A stretch of DNA of 63,285 bases, filler included. It is 4 parts of 4 records of this genome, joined end to end, with 100 filler letters (N's around TTAATTAATTAA, not from the genome) between each part and the next. Parts side by side here need not be neighbours in the genome. Positions count along the whole stretch, not along the records: positions 1 to 23,904 come from SRR31156797_15495; 3 more parts are not named here. One strand, written 5' to 3'. A program made the translations under genes and the position numbers. Positions 10,209 to 19,917 of the stretch are shown in pieces. The notes below the pieces were generated by a model. It made no database searches and was not told where the DNA came from. It was given only the letters and a program-made list of their open reading frames with translations. Positions within the stretch are counted from its first letter, which is position 1, and every line of letters begins with the position of its first letter.

Positions 10209-10532
10209 TTATCTCTCAATCTTTATTTCTGTAATTTGGATCGTTGGTTCTATATCTGTGTAGTTTGATATATCCCCTTGAAGTTCCTCAGCATAAGGCA
10301 TAAAGGCATTACTAAAATCTTCTACACTCTCAAAGTTGTAATTACACACAGCTTCATATTGTGATGTAATATTAAAAGCCTCCACATCTATCCCTTTTTC
10401 AACATATACTTTTACAAAACCTTTTGCTTTTGATAAAAGCTCTATCGATCTTGGCATATGGGTATTAAGGTAATACTCAAAGTCAAACCACGCTCCATCT
10501 TTTTTTGGATAAATAATTGATATATTAAACAT
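10209..10532 (-). CDS. EthD family reductase
   Basis: FDFEYYLNTHMP...DISNYTDIEP. Confidence 0.9.
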   Translation of the reverse strand: MFNISIIYPKKDGAWFDFEYYLNTHMPRSIELLSKAKGFVKVYVEKGIDVEAFNITSQYEAVCNYNFESVEDFSNAFMPYAEELQGDISNYTDIEPTIQITEIKIER

Positions 10533-11112
10533 CTTTTTCCCCTTTACTATTTTCAGCTATCTCTTCTTTTATACTTTTCATCTCTTTTATTAAAAACTCT
10601 TTATCTTTAAACACATGAGTTACCATCGCTACCCCTTGTACTTTTGAGAGTAACGACATCGCTTTTTCATCTGCTGTCAGCTCATCAAAGCCTAAACTTT
10701 TATACTCTTTTGCTATCCATATTCTAAAAACTTCAAACATCGGTAGAGCTATCATATAGAGTTCAGGTTCATGTTTTGAGAATTCACTAGTAAGAGTGCC
10801 TAAAGGACAGCCATATTTTTCAAGTTCTTCTTTTTGTTCTATGATCATTTGACAAAAGAGTTGTAATCTCTCTTTTGGATCAGCTGTTTGCTCTTCCCAG
10901 TTTTTTATAGCACTTTGTATCTCAGCTATTCGAGTATCCACTATCCCTTTTAGTATCTCTTGTTTATTTTTAAAGTGATAGGTGATATTTCCTTTACTAA
11001 GCCCCGTCTTTTCTACAATATCTCCAAAAGAGGTAGAACTATACCCTTTATGATAAAATAGCTCACGACTTACATCAAGTATCTGTTTTTTTGTTTTGTC
11101 ACCTTGTTTCAT
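10525..11112 (-). CDS. TetR/AcrR family regulator
   Basis: HTH KGNITYHFKNK; GCPLGTL. Confidence 0.92.
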   Translation of the reverse strand: MKQGDKTKKQILDVSRELFYHKGYSSTSFGDIVEKTGLSKGNITYHFKNKQEILKGIVDTRIAEIQSAIKNWEEQTADPKERLQLFCQMIIEQKEELEKYGCPLGTLTSEFSKHEPELYMIALPMFEVFRIWIAKEYKSLGFDELTADEKAMSLLSKVQGVAMVTHVFKDKEFLIKEMKSIKEEIAENSKGEKDV

Positions 11113-11647
11113 AGTTGTCCATTATCTCATATATTTCATAAAATGGTAGATGGTCTCCAATATCAGTTCCATAAAAAGCTCTTATGATTTTATTATTGGT
11201 ATCGATTATAAAATCAGCTGGTATCCGATGTATCTCACCCTCTACACTTCCTTGGAAATAATGATATTTAAAAATAGCTAAAAAAGCTTTTTTTAGTTGA
11301 GAAACCCATGCTTTAAAAAACCCTTTCCAAGAGTTCTCAACCTTATAAAGCTCATACAATGTCCTTTCAGGATCAGGGATAATGATATATGGAACATCTT
11401 GTTTTCCTACATATTCATCGATCTTCTCTTTGGGGGATTGGAATACCATCACGATATCTAGCTTATCTTTAAATCTCTCAGCTTGTTCTGCTAATTCATG
11501 CACTCGAATATTACAAAGAGGACAAGAGGCATATCGAAAAAAACAAAGCATCAAGGGTTTATCTCTTGGAGTATTAAGATCAAAGCTTTCCCCTTTTAGG
11601 TCTTGTATCCGAAAACTTGGTGCATTGTTAAATTCTGTTAGTCTCAT
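11099..11647 (-). CDS. Peroxiredoxin-like AhpC/TSA (redoxin) protein
   Basis: FFRYASCPLCN; IPADFIID. Confidence 0.85.
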   Translation of the reverse strand: MRLTEFNNAPSFRIQDLKGESFDLNTPRDKPLMLCFFRYASCPLCNIRVHELAEQAERFKDKLDIVMVFQSPKEKIDEYVGKQDVPYIIIPDPERTLYELYKVENSWKGFFKAWVSQLKKAFLAIFKYHYFQGSVEGEIHRIPADFIIDTNNKIIRAFYGTDIGDHLPFYEIYEIMDNYETR

Positions 11648-12648
11648 TTATTCATCCTCATATTTGTTGTTTGTCTTACATTCATCTCAGCTATTTGTAT
11701 ATCTATACTCTCCCTCCAATCAACCACTGGCTCATACCCTAAAAGCTCTTTTGCCTTATCATTATTTGAGTGGGTCTCTTCTAGAAGTAAAACTACAGCT
11801 GGCACTAATAGTGGATCAGAAGAGCTAAACTTATAGATATATCTCATAAATCTTGCTACCATATAAGCCATCCCAAAAGAGACTGAATATAAGGGGAGGG
11901 GATAGCCATATTTTGTATGGAGATATTGAAAGACCTCTTTAGCATTAGGTATCTCTTTTCCTACGATATCAATTGTGTAAAACTTTTCTTCTAAAGGTTT
12001 TGTTGCGCTAAGAATAAAAGCTTGTGCGATATCTTTTCCATTGATTAGGGGCACTGAAGTTGTTCCATTTTTAAGCCAAGGGACTAAATAGGTTTTAAGC
12101 CGAGGTAATAGAATCGGCAAAATTCCAAGAGAGTAGTTTTTCCCTGTGAAAAATCCACATCTTAAAATGATCATTTCCATATTGATAGATGCTACTTTTT
12201 TTAGATAATCCTCTATTTTCATAATCGTATCATAGTGAGTCCATATCTTTTCTAGGGGTAACTTTGTATGGAGTTTATTTTGCTCGATTGGATTTGAGTT
12301 TATTGCGGAAAGAAAAATAAATCTTTTAACCCCATTGATGATCGCTTGATCAATTAAAGCGATCGTAGGCTCTAAATAGTTTTTTTGAGAAGCCTCCAAA
12401 CTACCATTCATCTCTGCCCATGAAGCAGTATGACAAATCACATTAGCAGATTTTGTAATAGCTTCAATAGTACTTTTCTCCTTTATATCTCCCTCAATTG
12501 TATCTTTTTGATAGTCTAAAGGGAGTTTTCTTTTATCTCTACAAGAGGCTATCAGCTCATACTCATCTACTTTATTGTCCATATAGTACTCTAATATATG
12601 GCTTCCCACAAACCCTGTTGCTCCTGTAACTACAATATTATGTGACAT
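11644..12648 (-). CDS. NAD-dependent epimerase/dehydratase family protein
   Basis: VTGATGFVG Rossmann motif; likely start MSHNIVV at 12648 with SD AAGGA. Confidence 0.88.
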   Translation of the reverse strand: MSHNIVVTGATGFVGSHILEYYMDNKVDEYELIASCRDKRKLPLDYQKDTIEGDIKEKSTIEAITKSANVICHTASWAEMNGSLEASQKNYLEPTIALIDQAIINGVKRFIFLSAINSNPIEQNKLHTKLPLEKIWTHYDTIMKIEDYLKKVASINMEMIILRCGFFTGKNYSLGILPILLPRLKTYLVPWLKNGTTSVPLINGKDIAQAFILSATKPLEEKFYTIDIVGKEIPNAKEVFQYLHTKYGYPLPLYSVSFGMAYMVARFMRYIYKFSSSDPLLVPAVVLLLEETHSNNDKAKELLGYEPVVDWRESIDIQIAEMNVRQTTNMRMNK

Positions 12649-12663
12649 ATTATCATCCTTTTT

Positions 12664-12698
12664 TAGTACGTTTGTACAATTATAGTACATTTGTACTA
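12664..12698. promoter_or_regulatory. Tandem palindromic operators (GTAC-N4-GTAC), probably bound by the TetR at 10525-11112
   Basis: TAGTACGTTTGTACAA (12664-12679) and TAGTACATTTGTACTA (12683-12698), directly upstream of the epimerase-redoxin-TetR-EthD-SDR operon. Confidence 0.72.
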
Positions 12699-12760
12699 AT
12701 TATGTCAAGTGTTACATAATTTTAAGTATACTTATAAGAACAAATCTACAAAAGGAAAAC

Positions 12761-13555
12761 ATGATGGAATTCAACATATTTATCGTAGATGCCTTTACAA
12801 ATAAACAGTTTAAAGGAAACCAAGCAGCAGTAGTACCTCTTGAAGAGTGGATAGATGATTCTTTGATGCAAAAGATTGCAATGGAGAATAATCTCTCAGA
12901 AACAGCTTTTATAAAAAATATCGATCAAAACAGTTATCAGATACGATGGTTCTCACCTATTTGTGAGATAGACTTTTGTGGTCATGCTACTTTAGCTTCT
13001 TCGTTTGTATTGTTTCAATATTTTGATTGCACGGGTTCTATAGAGTTTTTTACTAAAAAAGTTGGTTCACTTCAAGTGATACAACTAGACAATGGTAAAA
13101 TAGAGATGAGCTTTCCAAATCAAGAACCAAAACCAGTAGAGAATATCCCAGCAGAACTTTTAAAAGGTCTAAGTATAAAGCCTATAGAAGTCTTACAAAA
13201 TAGACAAGCTTATTTTGCTATATATGAAAATGAAGAAGATATAAAAAAGGTACAATACACCTCAGAAGAGCTTAAAAAATTAGCTCCATACGATACTGTT
13301 GTAAGTGCAAAAAGTAAAGAGTATGATTTTGTATCACGATACTTTTGGCCTGCAAATGGTGGAGATGAAGACCCAGTTACTGGTTCAATTCATTCTGGTC
13401 TTGCACCTTATTGGGCTAAAAAGTTATCAAAACAAAAGCTTATCGCTTATCAAGCTTCTAAAAGAGGTGGGATACTTGAATCTAGTATAAAAGATGATAG
13501 AGTACTTGTCTCAGGAGATGCAGTTATATATCTTGAGGGTACAATATATATTTGA
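12761..13555 (+). CDS. PhzF family isomerase
   Basis: VDAF, GNQAAV, NLSETAF, FCGHATLA, EDPVTGS. Confidence 0.95.
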   Translation: MMEFNIFIVDAFTNKQFKGNQAAVVPLEEWIDDSLMQKIAMENNLSETAFIKNIDQNSYQIRWFSPICEIDFCGHATLASSFVLFQYFDCTGSIEFFTKKVGSLQVIQLDNGKIEMSFPNQEPKPVENIPAELLKGLSIKPIEVLQNRQAYFAIYENEEDIKKVQYTSEELKKLAPYDTVVSAKSKEYDFVSRYFWPANGGDEDPVTGSIHSGLAPYWAKKLSKQKLIAYQASKRGGILESSIKDDRVLVSGDAVIYLEGTIYI

Positions 13556-13857
13556 TAGAGGTTTTAAAACTTAAATAAAACATTTGGAATCAGAAGACTT
13601 TTCTATCCTACACCTAAATCTCTACCACACTTATATAAAATTCTTTTGAATATCTTTGTAACTTGAAGCTTTACTTAGATAGACTGTAGAGATAAAGAAT
13701 ATAAGTTTCATTCACACTTATCCTATTTTATATAGACTTCATATACTTCCTATTTAGTTTATTTCTAAACTCTAAGCATTTAAAAAAGCATTTATATACA
13801 AAACTTACACCATATAAAAGCCGTACTTATTTAACCTTCCAATAAAAGGACAAAACA

Positions 13858-15036
13858 ATGAACAAATTAACAATAGGGGTCATCGGGACTTCAAAGAAAA
13901 CAGATGAAAGAAGATTCCCAATTCATCCAGAACACTTACCTCGTATTCCAAAAGAACTTAGAAAACAGCTCATATTTGAAGAGGGGTATGGGGAAGCATT
14001 TGGTATCTCAGATTCATATATTAGTGATATGAGCGGAGGAGTTGCCTCACGTCATGAGCTTTTAGTAAATCTTGGGACAGTTATCATTAATAAGCCTGTA
14101 TTATCTGACTTAGAAGAGCTAAAAGTAGGTGGAACTCTTTGGGGATATGTACACTGTGTACAACAAAAAGAGATCACCCAAACTGCACTAGAGCGTAAAC
14201 AAACTTTAATTGCTTTTGAAGATATGTTTACTTGGTCTAATAGTGGAGTTATCGGCCGCCATACTTTTTACAAAAACAATGAGATGGCAGGATACTGTGC
14301 AGTGATACATTCACTCCAACTAAAAGGTATAGATGGTCACTATGGCAATCAAAGAAAAGTGGTCATTTTTGGTTTTGGTGCGGTAAGTCGTGGAGCTATT
14401 TATGCTTTAAAAGCTCACGGATTTAGAGATATTACCATATGTATACAAAGACAGAACTATGAAGTAAGAGAAGAGGTACTTGATTGTCATTATGTGACAC
14501 TCCAAGAGGGTATAGAAGATGAAGCCCGTATGGTAATAGTAGAACATGATGGCACAAAAATACCACTTGGCGAGTTAATTAATAAAGCTGATATCATAGT
14601 CAATGGTATATTTCAAGATACTCAAAACCCTACAGAGTTTATTATACAAAATGAAGAATCTTTTTTAAAAGACAATAGCTTAATCATTGATGTGAGTTGT
14701 GATGAGGGGATGGGATTCTTTTTTGCGAAACCTACAACCTTTAAAGATCCTATATTTAAATATAGATCTGTAGATTATTATGGGGTAGATCATACCCCAA
14801 GTTACCTTTGGGAAAGTGCTACAAGATCAATCTCCGCAGCCCTTATAGTGTATCTAGCCAATGTACTTGATGGACCTAAAAGTTGGCAAGAAAATGAAAC
14901 TATACGATATGCTATAAATATAGATAAAGGGGTGATTCAAAATAGCTCAATTTTATTATTTCAGAACCGTGAACCAAACTATCCACATAAATATATTGAT
15001 CCTAGCGATGATATAATCATAGATAAGATTGCTTGA
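13858..15036 (+). CDS. N(5)-(carboxyethyl)ornithine synthase-like protein (AlaDH/PNT family)
   Basis: ERRFPIHP, GWGYVHCVQ-like segment, NNEMAGY, GFGAVSRG Rossmann motif, IDVSCD, VDHTPS. Confidence 0.8.
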   Translation: MNKLTIGVIGTSKKTDERRFPIHPEHLPRIPKELRKQLIFEEGYGEAFGISDSYISDMSGGVASRHELLVNLGTVIINKPVLSDLEELKVGGTLWGYVHCVQQKEITQTALERKQTLIAFEDMFTWSNSGVIGRHTFYKNNEMAGYCAVIHSLQLKGIDGHYGNQRKVVIFGFGAVSRGAIYALKAHGFRDITICIQRQNYEVREEVLDCHYVTLQEGIEDEARMVIVEHDGTKIPLGELINKADIIVNGIFQDTQNPTEFIIQNEESFLKDNSLIIDVSCDEGMGFFFAKPTTFKDPIFKYRSVDYYGVDHTPSYLWESATRSISAALIVYLANVLDGPKSWQENETIRYAINIDKGVIQNSSILLFQNREPNYPHKYIDPSDDIIIDKIA

Positions 15037-15073
15037 TATTATTTTAAAATAAGAAAGCTTATGATTATAAATT

Positions 15074-15256
15074 GAGATTTTTACACAAAAAGTTGGCTCA
15101 CTTCAAGTGATCCAATGAGACAATGGCAAAATAAAGAGGAGCTTCTCAAATCAAAAACCTAAAAGAGATGGTATACTTGAATGGAGTATCAAATATGATA
15201 AAATACTAGTCTCAAGGGATACCGTTATATATCTTGAGAGTACAATATATATTTAA
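15074..15256 (+). pseudogene. Decayed, internally deleted second copy of the phzF gene
   Basis: Translates EIFTQKVGSLQVIQ*DNGKIKRSFSNQKP|KRDGILEWSIKYDKILVSRDTVIYLESTIYI*. This matches PhzF at 13043-13132 joined to 13458-13555. Confidence 0.9.
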
Positions 15257-15268
15257 AAAGAGGAAAAG

Positions 15269-15619
15269 ATGGAAGATAAAAATATCCCATTTCAAACTAT
15301 AGATTGGTCACAAATACCAAAAACAGAACATAAAGGGGAAAGTGGTGTAGCATACTGGCAAACACTTCAATTTGATGGACTTCGAATAAGACTAGTTGAA
15401 TATTCAAAGGACTATGTTGCTGATCACTGGTGTCAAAAAGGGCATATTGTCCACTGCTTAGAGGGTGAAGTGATCAATGAACAAGAAAATGGTGAAAGTT
15501 CAGTTTTAAAAGCTGGAATGTCATATGTGGTTTCCGATGATCTAAGCTCTCATAGATCAGTTACTAAAGATGGGGTAAAGCTTATGATTATTGATGGGGA
15601 TTTTTTAAAACTCAAATAG
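15269..15619 (+). CDS. DHCW-motif cupin-fold protein
   Basis: ADHWCQKGHIVHCLEGE; SHRS. Confidence 0.9.
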   Translation: MEDKNIPFQTIDWSQIPKTEHKGESGVAYWQTLQFDGLRIRLVEYSKDYVADHWCQKGHIVHCLEGEVINEQENGESSVLKAGMSYVVSDDLSSHRSVTKDGVKLMIIDGDFLKLK

Positions 15620-15620
15620 T

Positions 15621-16220
15621 TTATTTTACTACTATTCCCTCTAGTTCTAAAAGACTAAGAGCTTGAAAATGACTGATCTTTGTATCTTTACAATGATTGT
15701 TTGAGATTTTTAGAGTGATGTTTTTTGCTTCTGTAAAATCTGCATTTTCAAGATTTGTATCATTAAATAAAGTTTTTTCAAAATCACTCCCTCTAAGATC
15801 AGCATTTTTGAGTGAACAGTTTTGAAAATCCACATCTTTGATCATACACTCTTTTGCTATAAAGTCATCTAGAATTAAGCCAAAAAAATTACTCCCATCT
15901 AATACACTTCTTTGAAATCGAAGTTCACGTGAACTAATCAAACTCTCCCAATTACACATAGTCCAATCAATACCAATCACTTTTGAATCTACAAAATCCA
16001 CATCACTTATTTTTGTATCGGTGAGTTTTAGTAAGCTTAGATCACACTTCTCAAAACGGCACTCTCTAAAAGTGCAAGATTGGAAAAAAGTACTACTAAA
16101 ATTGCAAGAGATAAAAGTACAATCATCAAATTCAGCATTTGATATCTTCACTCCACTTAAATCTACATCTTTAAACTCTTCACCAAAGATATCAGCTTTG
16201 TTTTTTATCTCTTGCTCCAT
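15621..16220 (-). CDS. Pentapeptide repeat protein
   Basis: Repeated F/L-x-x-C/A-x pentapeptides (FDDCT FISCN FSSTF FQSCT FRECR FEKCD). Confidence 0.92.
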   Translation of the reverse strand: MEQEIKNKADIFGEEFKDVDLSGVKISNAEFDDCTFISCNFSSTFFQSCTFRECRFEKCDLSLLKLTDTKISDVDFVDSKVIGIDWTMCNWESLISSRELRFQRSVLDGSNFFGLILDDFIAKECMIKDVDFQNCSLKNADLRGSDFEKTLFNDTNLENADFTEAKNITLKISNNHCKDTKISHFQALSLLELEGIVVK

Positions 16221-16221
16221 T

Positions 16222-16638
16222 TTAACCTCTTACATACTTCATCCCTGGCATAGTATCAGGGCGTGCTTCAAATCCAAGTTTTTCATAAAATCCTTTTTTT
16301 CCCTCAGCACTAAAAAGATGGATACTTCGTATATTGTAGAGATGGCAATACTCTATGATCTTTTTTACTATAGTAGTTCCTACATTTTTATGCTGATATT
16401 CAGGTGTAACTATCACATCATAAATCCCAGCATAAATAACTCCATCAGAATTAACTCTACCAAAGCCAATAAGTTTTTTTCCATCATACACACTGACACA
16501 AAAAAAGCTATTATTTAAAGCTTTTTTCACCTCAACTTTTGAGAGTTTTAAAATATTATTCCATCCAGTTTCTAAATAAAGTGGATAATACTGTTCTATA
16601 TCTGGTATCTCTTTTAGATACTTATATCTTTTGGGCAT
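16222..16638 (-). CDS. GNAT family N-acetyltransferase
   Basis: YDVIVTPEYQHKNVG, GFYEKLGF; likely start MPKRY at 16638. Confidence 0.9.
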   Translation of the reverse strand: MPKRYKYLKEIPDIEQYYPLYLETGWNNILKLSKVEVKKALNNSFFCVSVYDGKKLIGFGRVNSDGVIYAGIYDVIVTPEYQHKNVGTTIVKKIIEYCHLYNIRSIHLFSAEGKKGFYEKLGFEARPDTMPGMKYVRG

Positions 16639-16639
16639 C

Positions 16640-17404
16640 TTAACACTTTTGTACAAAACTATTATAAAACTGTTTTGCAGTTCTTGCACTTTTACTAGCA
16701 CGAGCTTGTGCAAACTGTAAAGCTTTGTGATAGAGTTCATCTCTATCACCATCATACTCTTTAAAATAGCTATCTACTACTTTTAGATAATCACTCTGCG
16801 TTCCATGATAAAAAGAAAGCCAAAGTCCAAATCTATCACTTAAAGAAATTTTTTCTTCTACACTATCACCATAGTGTATTTCACCATCATTTCCTACAGC
16901 TGTACCATCATTATCCCTATGATATTCGCTGATTAGATGTCGTCTGTTTGAAGTAGCATATATCTTGATATTTTCTGGTGGGGCTTCAATTGAGCCCTCT
17001 AAAATACGTTTGAGCCCTTTATACCCTTTTTCACCCTCTTCAAAAGAAAGATCATCACAAAAGATAATAAACTTATAAGGAAGATCACGGATCATCTCTG
17101 AAATTTCAATAAGATCATCTAAATCATCCCTATCTATCTCTATCACTCGTAAGCCTTTTTCTTTATAAGTATTTAAAAGAGCTTTTATAAGTGAAGATTT
17201 TCCAGTCCCTCTTGCTCCCCATAAAAGGACATTATTCGATGGAAGTCCTTGTAAAAACCGCTCAGTATTGTTGATAAGTTCAGCTTTTTGTCTCTCAATG
17301 CCAATAAGATCATCAAAGGATACCTCTTCAATATGTTTTACAGGTTTTAAAAACTCATGTTTAGCTCGCCAGATCGCCGCATAGATCGTTTCCCATGTTG
17401 TCAT
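16640..17404 (-). CDS. DUF815 family AAA+ ATP-binding protein
   Basis: Walker A GARGTGKS, FCDDLSF, ATSNRRHL, SLSDRFGL. Confidence 0.92.
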   Translation of the reverse strand: MTTWETIYAAIWRAKHEFLKPVKHIEEVSFDDLIGIERQKAELINNTERFLQGLPSNNVLLWGARGTGKSSLIKALLNTYKEKGLRVIEIDRDDLDDLIEISEMIRDLPYKFIIFCDDLSFEEGEKGYKGLKRILEGSIEAPPENIKIYATSNRRHLISEYHRDNDGTAVGNDGEIHYGDSVEEKISLSDRFGLWLSFYHGTQSDYLKVVDSYFKEYDGDRDELYHKALQFAQARASKSARTAKQFYNSFVQKC

Positions 17405-17517
17405 GATAGCTTCTTTGTTTTGGTTTATTAGATGTATTTTATACATTTCTCTTTAAAGAACTATTAATCCAGATTCAACTATAGTTTTACATTCAAAATC
17501 TAAAAAGGGGAAACAAC

Positions 17518-17586
17518 ATGTTATATAATATCATTATCACAAACACAACAAAATCTACTTTTTCTCTTTTTAGGTTTTGGCACTAG
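17518..17586 (+). CDS. Putative 22-aa small ORF / leader peptide MLYNIIITNTTKSTFSLFRFWH
   Basis: Strong SD AAAGGGG 7 nt before the ATG; lies 66 bp upstream of the methyltransferase gene. Confidence 0.3.
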   Translation: MLYNIIITNTTKSTFSLFRFWH

Positions 17587-17652
17587 CCATATTCTTACAC
17601 TAAAAATCAATTCATAAAACCATTACATAATAAAAATTTAAAAGGATAATAG

Positions 17653-18357
17653 ATGTCTTTACAATTAGACAATATCCTCATTACAGGGAGAACTTTTGAG
17701 GAGTACAAGGCATTTTTCAATCTTGATATTGAAAAATTAAAAAACAAAAAGGTGCTTGATTGCCCCAGTGGAGCAAGCTCATTTGTAGCAACTGCAAAAG
17801 AACATGGAATCGAAGCAAAAGGGACTGATATACTTTATCAGTTTTCAAAAGAAGAGATAAAAAAGCAAGGAGAAGTAAGTATAGAGAAAATCTATGCAGA
17901 TATTTCATGGATGGATGGTCATAATTTTGACTTTTACAAGTTCATTGAAAACCATAGAGACTTTAGAGAAGAGGCTTTAAAAAAGTTTTTAGAAGACTAC
18001 AACAAAGATGACTATTTTTATAATGTATTGCCAAACTTAAACTTTAAGGATAATGAGTTTGACCTACTCTTATCTAGTCATCTACTTTTTGTTTATGATG
18101 ATAGATTTGATTATGAGTTTCATAAAAAAGCTATCTTAGAGATGCTAAGAGTCGCTAAAGAGGTGAGGATATTTTCCATGGTGGACTTTAAAAATTCTCG
18201 TGTCAATAAAGAGAAAAATTTTTCACCATATGCTTATAAAATCATTGAAGAGTTACAAGAGTTTAAGTGTACAATTCAAAAAGTAGATTTTGAATTTCAA
18301 CCAAGAGCAGGATATATGTTGCAAATTACAAAGGATAAAAATGAAAGCACAATTTGA
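17653..18357 (+). CDS. Class I SAM-dependent methyltransferase
   Basis: GRTFEEY, VLDCPSGASSF, FDLLLSSHLLFVY. Confidence 0.85.
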   Translation: MSLQLDNILITGRTFEEYKAFFNLDIEKLKNKKVLDCPSGASSFVATAKEHGIEAKGTDILYQFSKEEIKKQGEVSIEKIYADISWMDGHNFDFYKFIENHRDFREEALKKFLEDYNKDDYFYNVLPNLNFKDNEFDLLLSSHLLFVYDDRFDYEFHKKAILEMLRVAKEVRIFSMVDFKNSRVNKEKNFSPYAYKIIEELQEFKCTIQKVDFEFQPRAGYMLQITKDKNESTI

Positions 18358-18937
18358 GATAACAGATAAAAATCTTATCAATGAAATATTAAAAAAACAA
18401 GAGTATGGGACTCTTGCATTATGCCATAATAATATCCCTTATAGTGTCCCAATAAACTATGTCTCTATAGAAGATACGATCTATTTTCATGGGAGTAAAA
18501 AAGGGAAAAAGATGGAGTTTATAGAAGCAAATTCTATAGCTTCATTTAGTGTGGTTGAGCCATTTTCTATGATACAGTCCTATTTTAGCTCCACTGAAAA
18601 TCTTGCATGTCCAGCTACTCAGTTTTTTCAGTCTATTAGTATCTATGGAAAGATTGAATTCGTTGAAGGATATGATGAAAAAGTAAAAGCTCTCCAAGCT
18701 CTTATGGAAAAACTTCAGCCTGAAGGTCACTATAAACATTTAAGTGATATTTCTTATGAAAAGATGATAAATGCTACTCAAATATTTAAGCTAATTCCTG
18801 AAGAGATCAAAGGGAAAATAAAACTTGGACAACATCTACCAAATGAGCGATTTGATATGATTTTAGAACATCTTGAAAAACGTGGGACAAAACTAGATAT
18901 GCTTACATTGAAACAAATGAAACAAACTAAAAGATAG
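18341..18937 (+). CDS. Pyridoxamine 5'-phosphate oxidase-like flavin-binding protein (NimA-like)
   Basis: PYSVPINY, IYFHGSKKGKK; start MKAQF at 18341 with SD AAGGA. Confidence 0.88.
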   Translation: MKAQFEITDKNLINEILKKQEYGTLALCHNNIPYSVPINYVSIEDTIYFHGSKKGKKMEFIEANSIASFSVVEPFSMIQSYFSSTENLACPATQFFQSISIYGKIEFVEGYDEKVKALQALMEKLQPEGHYKHLSDISYEKMINATQIFKLIPEEIKGKIKLGQHLPNERFDMILEHLEKRGTKLDMLTLKQMKQTKR

Positions 18938-18957
18938 AAAAAAAGCTTCTATCTTTT
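18929..18957 (+). terminator. Intrinsic terminator-like hairpin
   Basis: AAAAGATAGAA-N7-TTCTATCTTTT overlapping the stop codon. Confidence 0.55.
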
Positions 18958-19022
18958 CATATACTATTTTAAATCCAGTTTTTTATTGACAATCTTTTGA
19001 TTAGTAGTGTATTATCTCATTT

Positions 19023-19913
19023 ATGAAATCATTTGAAGATATAGCACAATTTTACCAAAGACACCAACTTCCATTCAACTCTTTAGAACCTCAATATACT
19101 CTAGGACATTTTAATATTTTTGAGAGAAAAAACAGTAGAACACAACCTATCACTTATAATAGACGAGACTATTATAAGATCACCCTTTTAAAAGGGAAAA
19201 TAAAAATAGACTATACCGACAAAACCGTTACAAGTGATAAATATGCCTTGATGTTTTCTGACCCTTTAGTACCTTATAGTTGGGAGCCTTTAGATAAAAA
19301 CCAAGGTGGAGTTTTTTGTATCTTTACCGAAACATTTTTCCATAATTTTGGTTCACTCAAAAAATATCCTGTATTTCAAGCACAAGGGGATAAAGTCTTT
19401 ATCTTAGATGATTCACATGTTAAAGAAGTGGAAAAGATATATGAAAAAATGTTTAAAGAGCTAGACTCAAAGTATCCTTATAAATACGATCTTTTAAGAA
19501 ACTTGGTATTTGAACTTATCCACTTCGCTATGAAAACAAAACCTGCTCTTAGCTTAGATCAAAAAGAGGATAGATCGAATAAGATAGCTACCTTATTTAT
19601 AGAACTTCTAGAAAGACAGTTTCCTTTAGAATCACCTTATCAAAGATTTGAGCTAAAAACTCCAAGTAGTTTTGCTCAAAATCTTAACATCCATACAAAT
19701 CATTTAAATAAAGTACTCAAAGAGGTTACAGGAAAAACAACCTCAGAACTTATAGCACAAAGAGTTCTTTTAGAAGCAAAGGCACTACTAAAACACTCTA
19801 CTTGGAATATTTCTGATATAGGTTTTGCACTTGGCTTTGAAGAACCCTCACACTTCACAAATTTTTTTAAAAAAAGAGTAACTCTTAGCCCTAAAAAATT
19901 TAGAGAGCAATAA
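19023..19913 (+). CDS. AraC family transcriptional regulator (Bacteroidota-type)
   Basis: YNRRDYYKI, PLVPYSWE, FCIFTE; C-terminal HTH ALGFEEPSHFTNFFKK. Confidence 0.93.
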   Translation: MKSFEDIAQFYQRHQLPFNSLEPQYTLGHFNIFERKNSRTQPITYNRRDYYKITLLKGKIKIDYTDKTVTSDKYALMFSDPLVPYSWEPLDKNQGGVFCIFTETFFHNFGSLKKYPVFQAQGDKVFILDDSHVKEVEKIYEKMFKELDSKYPYKYDLLRNLVFELIHFAMKTKPALSLDQKEDRSNKIATLFIELLERQFPLESPYQRFELKTPSSFAQNLNIHTNHLNKVLKEVTGKTTSELIAQRVLLEAKALLKHSTWNISDIGFALGFEEPSHFTNFFKKRVTLSPKKFREQ

Positions 19914-19917
19914 CTCT

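Noticed and set aside
13556..13857. Possible eroded minus-strand gene (SD AGGAAG, ATG at 13742)
   Set aside because: Multiple stops and no recognisable family; cannot be supported
15621..16220. Pentapeptide repeat protein as a Qnr quinolone-resistance gene
   Set aside because: The repeat fold alone does not support Qnr identity; I cannot recognise Qnr-specific loops without an alignment
17577..17600. TTGGCAC as a sigma54 -24 element
   Set aside because: No TTGC at the -12 position
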